Origin: an uncultured Fibrobacterota bacterium
Lineage (GTDB): Bacteria > Fibrobacterota > Chitinivibrionia > Chitinivibrionales > FEN-1185
Direction of reading: 5' to 3'
Length of the DNA: 64,000 bases
Assembly (NCBI GenBank): GCA_963753345.1
Contig: CAVWBU010000024.1
Coordinates: 96,001 to 160,000, forward strand
Each line of letters opens with the position of its first letter. Positions within the stretch are counted from its first letter, which is position 1. A program made the translations under genes and the position numbers. Below the pieces are notes generated by a model that saw only the letters and a program-made list of their open reading frames with translations, made no database searches and was not told the DNA's origin. Of this stretch, positions 59,735-64,000 are shown in pieces.

Positions 59735-60724
59735 TCACGCCGATTCCCTCACGATAAACTTGGTGGGCAGCTCCTTGTGCTTGAGCTCGGACTCCCTGCC
59801 TTCCAGTTTGTCAACTATCATGTTGATGGCATAATCGCCCATTTCGAGCTTGGGCTGGCGCACCGTGGTGAGCATGGGTTCGACAACTTCGGCGGCGGGA
59901 ATATCGTCGAACCCGACGACCGCGAGCTTTCCGGGAACCGGGATCCCCCGCTTTTTCGCCTCCTTTAACACGCCGATTGCCGCCATGTCGCCCGCCGGAA
60001 CGAACACGGCCGTCACGTTGGCCGGTGCAAGTCTCTCAAAGGCCTTGTAGCCGGCCTCAACGGTGTCGTCATCAACCTCGACCACCAGCGCGGGATTGAA
60101 GGCTATGTTGTGTTTGGCAAGGGACTGTTTGTACCCGCTCAGCCTGTCTTCGGCGGGAAGGTTCTGTTTGCGGCAGATCACGCAGGCGATCGCGGTGTGG
60201 CCCTTGCTTATGAGATAATCGGTGGCGTCGGCGGCGCCGCCCTCGTTATTGACATAAACGGAATCGAGGATATCGCACTTTCGCGCGACCACAATGCAGG
60301 GCACGCTTTCGTCGCGGAAGATCTTCATCTCGTCTTCCGACACCGTGGTGCCGATGAGGATGGCGCCGTCGATGCGGCGCTCGCGCGCCAGGCGCTGGAA
60401 GAGCTGCGATTCGTTTTCCTTCTGACCCACGGTGTCAAACAGCGTTACCGTGTAGTCCACGTCGCGGTTGGTGCTTTTGATTCCCTGCAGGATCCTCACC
60501 ACGAACGACGAGGCAAGATTGGGCACAATAACGCCGATCGAATTGGACTTCCTCGTGGCAAGGCCGCGGGCGATCACGTTCGGATAGTAGTTGAGCTCCT
60601 TGGCGATCTTGAGCACCTTTCGCCGCGTCGCCTCGGAAATGTTCGGTTTGTTGTTGATAACCATCGAGACCGTGGCGGATGTCACGCCCGCACGTTCGGC
60701 GATGTCCTTTAGTGTTACCGGCAT
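59735..60724 (-). CDS. LacI/GalR family transcriptional regulator
   Basis: TLKDIAERAGVTSATVSMVIN, LNYYPNVIARGL, VVGFDD, LTTVRQP and IVRES. Confidence 0.95.
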   Translation of the reverse strand: MPVTLKDIAERAGVTSATVSMVINNKPNISEATRRKVLKIAKELNYYPNVIARGLATRKSNSIGVIVPNLASSFVVRILQGIKSTNRDVDYTVTLFDTVGQKENESQLFQRLARERRIDGAILIGTTVSEDEMKIFRDESVPCIVVARKCDILDSVYVNNEGGAADATDYLISKGHTAIACVICRKQNLPAEDRLSGYKQSLAKHNIAFNPALVVEVDDDTVEAGYKAFERLAPANVTAVFVPAGDMAAIGVLKEAKKRGIPVPGKLAVVGFDDIPAAEVVEPMLTTVRQPKLEMGDYAINMIVDKLEGRESELKHKELPTKFIVRESA

Positions 60725-60801
60725 AGGGAAAATCCTTTGTATGGTTTTTCGATCAGTCTGTTACGTCCTCGCCGTATGAACCGTCCGTTCCGAACGGTTG
60801 T

Positions 60802-61785
60802 CTAGAAGTTAAGGGTTGCATGCAGGCCGATTTCTTTATTTTGAGGAACCAGGTCCGGTTCGAGCCTCATCTTGATCCGCGCGTCGTGCAGGTGCGCGTC
60901 CACCGCCGCGTCCATGATACCGTAAAGGTAAAACGCCACGGAGTACCAGATCCACATGTTGCGATTCTTGAACGCGGTGGTTCGCCAGTAGTCCCATTTG
61001 TTGTAGTCGGTGCCATTGAACAGGACGTACGTTATCGAGTCTGCGGGGGAACTGTTTGCGATCTCATAGTTCTGGCAGTCCTTCATGACCGTATGGTAGT
61101 TGATGGCGAGATACGCCATGTAGAACTGAGCCATGAGGATCATGCCCGCTTTTGACAGTTCTCCATTGTATACCTGCCCCAGGCCGAGCCCGGGTATTGC
61201 CGACAGCCACATGGCGGTCGCGGGATCTTTCTTCGAGTCGCTCTTCAGCAGGTTGGTGCATTGAAGCGCGTCAAGCACGTTCCAGTAGTAGATCCCGGCC
61301 ATCAAGGCCACGCTTTGAAAGAAGACGTCCTGCATTTGCAGCTTTTCCATGGCCGCGCTGTCCGCTTTGAGTTTCAGCATTTTGTAGGCAGTTTCCAATG
61401 TCCTCGTTGTATCGGACGACTTCTTTATTTGCCACGATTTCGACGCGGACTGTTCGAGCAGCGCAATGCTGTCGGCGTTGTGCCTGAGCCCATTAGCGTA
61501 GATGTACCGCTGATACGCGAACAACCCAACCCCGACTTCGGTGGCGAAAAACAGCGCGCCTTGCACATAATGCCTCGTGTAAATCTGGCCCGCGCCCGGG
61601 AGCACGAGTGATGCCGCAAGCGCAATGCCCGGGCTGTACGACGGCGCAGGTTTGGGCGGTTCCTTTTTCGCAATTGCGTTTGAGTCGCCTTCACTGCTAC
61701 GATCCGGCGCGCCACCTCCCTGTTGTGAAAACCCGAGAGATGCAAAGCCAACTACATAAACCAGCAAGAAACGGAACCGTTTCAT
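60802..61785 (-). CDS. DUF5683-like membrane/secreted protein (two copies of the domain)
   Basis: Signal peptide MKRFRFLL. SLVLPGAGQIY and SAIPGLGLGQVYN. C-terminal YGIMDAAVDAHL. Confidence 0.75.
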   Translation of the reverse strand: MKRFRFLLVYVVGFASLGFSQQGGGAPDRSSEGDSNAIAKKEPPKPAPSYSPGIALAASLVLPGAGQIYTRHYVQGALFFATEVGVGLFAYQRYIYANGLRHNADSIALLEQSASKSWQIKKSSDTTRTLETAYKMLKLKADSAAMEKLQMQDVFFQSVALMAGIYYWNVLDALQCTNLLKSDSKKDPATAMWLSAIPGLGLGQVYNGELSKAGMILMAQFYMAYLAINYHTVMKDCQNYEIANSSPADSITYVLFNGTDYNKWDYWRTTAFKNRNMWIWYSVAFYLYGIMDAAVDAHLHDARIKMRLEPDLVPQNKEIGLHATLNF

Positions 61786-62126
61786 TTTTTCTTGAATGGA
61801 CGCATCATGCGCCCCATCATGGGAGAGCGGAAATAAGGTGGGCCGATTTAACCCCTTAAGTAATATACATAATTCGTTCTGCCAATACAGATTATTTAAG
61901 CGTTCATTAAATGACCCGGCCAGTCCCCTGCTGATAAAAAGAAGATATGAGAACTCCCTTGGTGATTTATTTATTTTATACCTCAGCATCAGCGCCCGAA
62001 AGCTGTTTCTCACGTTCGTTGCACCGCAGAAGAGTCGGGCTCGAAACAGCAACTTCGCATTCTTGATTATGATTGATCCTGCTTTCATCAAACGACGAAA
62101 ATATTTCATTATTTTCCGGAGGCACC

Positions 62127-64000
62127 ATGGCCGATAATCACCCTGATTCTACACAACGGCTCGGATTTCAGACAGAGGCGAAGCAACTGCTCCACCTCAT
62201 GATCCATTCCCTGTACAGCCACAAGGAAGTATTTCTTCGCGAGCTTGTCTCCAACGCATCGGATGCGCTGGACAAACTGCGCTTCGAATCTCTCACCAAT
62301 TCCTCCCTGCTTGGCGACGACACCGAACTGTGCATACGCGTCAAGGTGAATGAAAAAGCGAAGACCATTACCATTTCGGACAACGGCATCGGCATGACGC
62401 GCGACGAGGTGATCGACAACATCGGCACCATAGCGCGCAGCGGGTCGCGAGCATTTGTGGAAAGCCTTACCGGAGATCAGAAATTGGATTCCAACATGAT
62501 AGGCCAGTTCGGCGTCGGCTTCTACTCCGCATTCATGGTGGCCTCAAAGGTCAAGCTTGTCACAAAGCGCGCGGGCGAAGGCTGCACCGCGGTTGTCTGG
62601 GAATCGGACGGGCAAAGCGATTACACGATCGCCGAAACCGAAAAGGAAACCCGCGGCACCGAGGTGACCGTGTACCTCAACGACGATGATACTTCCTACG
62701 CGGAACCCTACGCCGTGCGTTCGGTCATCAAGAAATTCTCCGATTTCATCGCGTTTCCCATTTACTTTCCAAACGAGAAGGGCCACGACGAGATCATCAA
62801 CCAGACCAAGCCCCTCTGGAAGCGCCCGCCGCTCGAAATCACGAGCGAACAGTACGAGGAATTCTTCAAGCAGCTCGGGGGCTTCGACAGGCCCGTCGCG
62901 ACAATCCACAGCAAAGCCGAAGGCGTCCTCGAGTATTCATTCGTGCTCTTTCTTCCTTCCAAGGCGCCGTTCGACCTGTTTCTCCCCGAACGCACGCACG
63001 GCATAAAACTGTACGTCAAGCGCGTTTTCATCATGGACCACTGCAAGGAGCTGTTCCCCGATTATTTGCGTTTTGTAAAGGGCGTGGTCGACTCCGAAGA
63101 TCTGCCGCTCAACGTTTCGCGCGAGATGCTTCAGCACAACCCTGTTATCGAGAAAATGAAAAGGACCCTGGTTGCCAAGGTGCTCGCCAAACTGTCCGAC
63201 ATGGCCGCAACCGAGCCCTCGCAGTTTGCGGCGTTCTGGGACCAGTTCGGCCCCGTGCTCAAGGAAGGCGTGCACACCGACGACGAGAACAAGGACAAGC
63301 TCGTGGAACTGTTGCGGTTCCAGTCCACCCTGTCCGAAACCAAGGACGACCTTGTGTCGCTCAAACAGTACGCCGGCCGGATGCGCGAGGGCCAGAAGCA
63401 CATTTACTACATCAGCGGCGAGAGCAGGGAGATTGTGGAAAAAAGCCCGCATCTCGAGGTGTTCCGCGACAAGAGCATCGAAGTGCTGTACTTCCTCGAC
63501 CCCATCGACGAGTGGCTGGTGAACGACCTTTACAATTACGACGGCAAACAGCTCAGGTCAGTAGCAAAGGGTGACCTTGACCTCGGCGACCTCGGCACCG
63601 ACGACAAAAAGCAGCAGGAAGGCATGGAATCGAAATACAAGAAACTGACCGAACGGATAAAGAACATCCTTTCCGATACCGTCAAGGAGGTCCGGGTCAC
63701 TGCCCGCCTCAAGGACAGTCCCTGCTGCCTGGTGTCCGACGAGCACGACCTCGGGCCGTTTATGGAAAAAATGATGAAGGCCATGGGGCAGGCCGTTCCC
63801 GAAAGCAAGGCCATCCTGGAAATAAACGGCTCGCACCCCATTGTGGAAAACCTGCGCACGCTCTACGAAAAGGACGCAAAATCGCCGTTGCTTGACGAAT
63901 GGGTAAAAGTCCTCCACGACCAGGCCCTGATCGCGGGCGGAGCGCAGCCGAAAGACGCCACGGCCTACGCAAAACGGGTGAATGAGCTCCTGCTCAATGC
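62127..64000 (+). CDS. htpG: Molecular chaperone HtpG (Hsp90), 3' end outside window
   Basis: [73 protein letters not shown] and [16 protein letters not shown]. Confidence 0.97.

Noticed and set aside
61786-62126. CIRCE or other heat-shock operator upstream of htpG; long 5' extension of the DUF5683-like ORF
   Set aside because: No TTAGCACTC-N9-GAGTGCTAA is present. The extension covers AT-rich divergent promoter DNA and precedes a clear signal peptide at 61785.

Overview
64 kb of bacterial chromosome, moderately GC-rich. It is probably FCB superphylum and plausibly Fibrobacterota (Chitinivibrionia/Chitinispirillia-like). That is an inference from the tmRNA tag ANDYSYAMAA, the lamin-tail lipoprotein, a FlgD/T9SS-CTD-like tail, a PorV-like protein and the pilin style. 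Layout: (1) 1-15.4 kb is a transition-metal uptake cluster. It holds a Zn/Mn-type ABC binding protein and permease, a Ttp/TonB2-type energiser operon with an in-frame ExbB-ExbD fusion, two TonB-dependent receptors (one preceded by a CxxC/RAPP upstream ORF), and a NikMNQO/CbiMNQO ECF transporter behind tandem NikR-like operators. (2) 15.5-43 kb is mixed: a sigma54 two-component module with its likely target, a RACo-type corrinoid activator, trpS, an SPFH/Zn-ribbon pair, envelope proteins (including a PorV-like/TPR gene with extreme third-position C avoidance), a PP2C phosphatase, a very divergent enolase, asd, a type IV pilin with a structured leader, and an HD-GYP-like protein. (3) 43.2-58.6 kb is the strongest candidate for an undescribed system: a 7-gene operon that merges a tripartite RND pump (TolC, MFP, two RND subunits) with a complete ABC-2-type transporter. 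One RND subunit is covalently fused to an ABC ATPase that is itself interrupted by a membrane insert. (4) 59-64 kb contains gene remnants, tmRNA, a LacI regulator, a DUF5683-like protein and htpG (runs off the window). Four genes carry single-base indels that may be assembly errors. No CRISPR array, rRNA, tRNA, integrase or transposase was seen. All family assignments come from motif recognition by eye; no database searches were run.
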